Translations under genes and position numbers: made by a program
The notes under the pieces: model-generated
The model's input: only the letters and a program-made list of their open reading frames with translations
Told to the model about the DNA's origin: nothing
Database searches by the model: none
NCBI GenBank assembly: GCA_036172245.1
Contig: JAYWIR010000012.1
Location: 992,001-1,056,000, forward strand
Length of the DNA stretch: 64,000 nt
Source: Raillietiella orientalis
Taxonomy: Eukaryota
Reading direction: 5' to 3'
Shown: in pieces, positions 63,401-64,000 of the stretch
Position numbering within the stretch: the first letter of the stretch is position 1
How the letters are laid out: each line of letters opens with the position of its first letter

Positions 63401-64000
63401 TGAGACGAGAGTCCGCTGCCCTGTTCACACGGAAATAGACTGCAGCGCTCTTGCAAGATCAGTCCGTTCATCGGCAACGGTCTAGCCGTATACACTGACT
63501 TTCATCTCGCAGCAGCAGCGGATCAGCCAATCGGCAGGACGATCCAGGATTGAGTCGCAAAGGATGGCGGTCGTTTGCTCTTCTATAAGATGGTAGGCAA
63601 TGTTTCTCCATCGCAAATCGGGAGAGAAGGGACGAAAGACGAGCCAAGTAGAGGAACTGCTGCAGAGGATTTAGGCTGCTGCCTTTTCTTTTATTAGGCC
63701 CTCGCACAATCAGAACGGCAGTGCATGCAACGCTGCCAGGCTGGGAGTCCACTGACGGTTTCTTAACCATCTGCAAAGTGCGCAGCTTCCGGTGAAACTC
63801 AAAAGCATGAAGATGCGAGGCCGCCTCCTTGCGCAGCGTCCAAGTCCCCAATTCCACGCTCTGACTTGTGAGGGATCCCCCTCCTATGAAACCGTTCCTG
63901 CAGCTGACGAAGCATAAAAATGCGAGGATGGTTGACAAAGTCTCGATTTTCATCCTTGTGGGCATCCATCCCACACAAACAAATCAGGTTGCCTGGAAAT

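Noticed and set aside
1..64000. CRISPR arrays, prokaryotic operons, Polinton/viral gene cluster, intact tRNA or rRNA genes
   Set aside because: No spaced repeat arrays, capsid/pPolB/ATPase motifs or complete cloverleafs seen; genes are spliceosomal and eukaryotic.

Overview
Eukaryotic invertebrate DNA, probably arthropod given the EFLamide motif. It alternates AT-rich, CpG-poor blocks with GC/CpG-rich blocks. The AT-rich blocks carry housekeeping genes: ELP3 (8 coding exons, +), intronless UBE3D (-) and cyclin Y (5 exons, +). The GC-rich blocks are mostly heavily decayed L1/Tx1-like LINE relics, so most ORF-track entries there are noise. Two spliced genes hide among them and are missed by the ORF track. 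One is an intact 324-aa secreted cathepsin-L-family protein whose catalytic Cys is replaced by Gly (pseudo-protease). The other is a probable EFLamide (TRH-type) neuropeptide precursor with a CCAAT/TATA promoter. Also notable: four LINE 5' ends that each start with a tRNA-like B-box head, a multi-stem structured RNA candidate upstream of ELP3, a LINE flanked by an ~80-bp duplication, 44-69-nt micro-introns, and several DNA-transposon relics. All calls come from manual reading and recalled family motifs; no searches were run, and transposon-relic boundaries are approximate.
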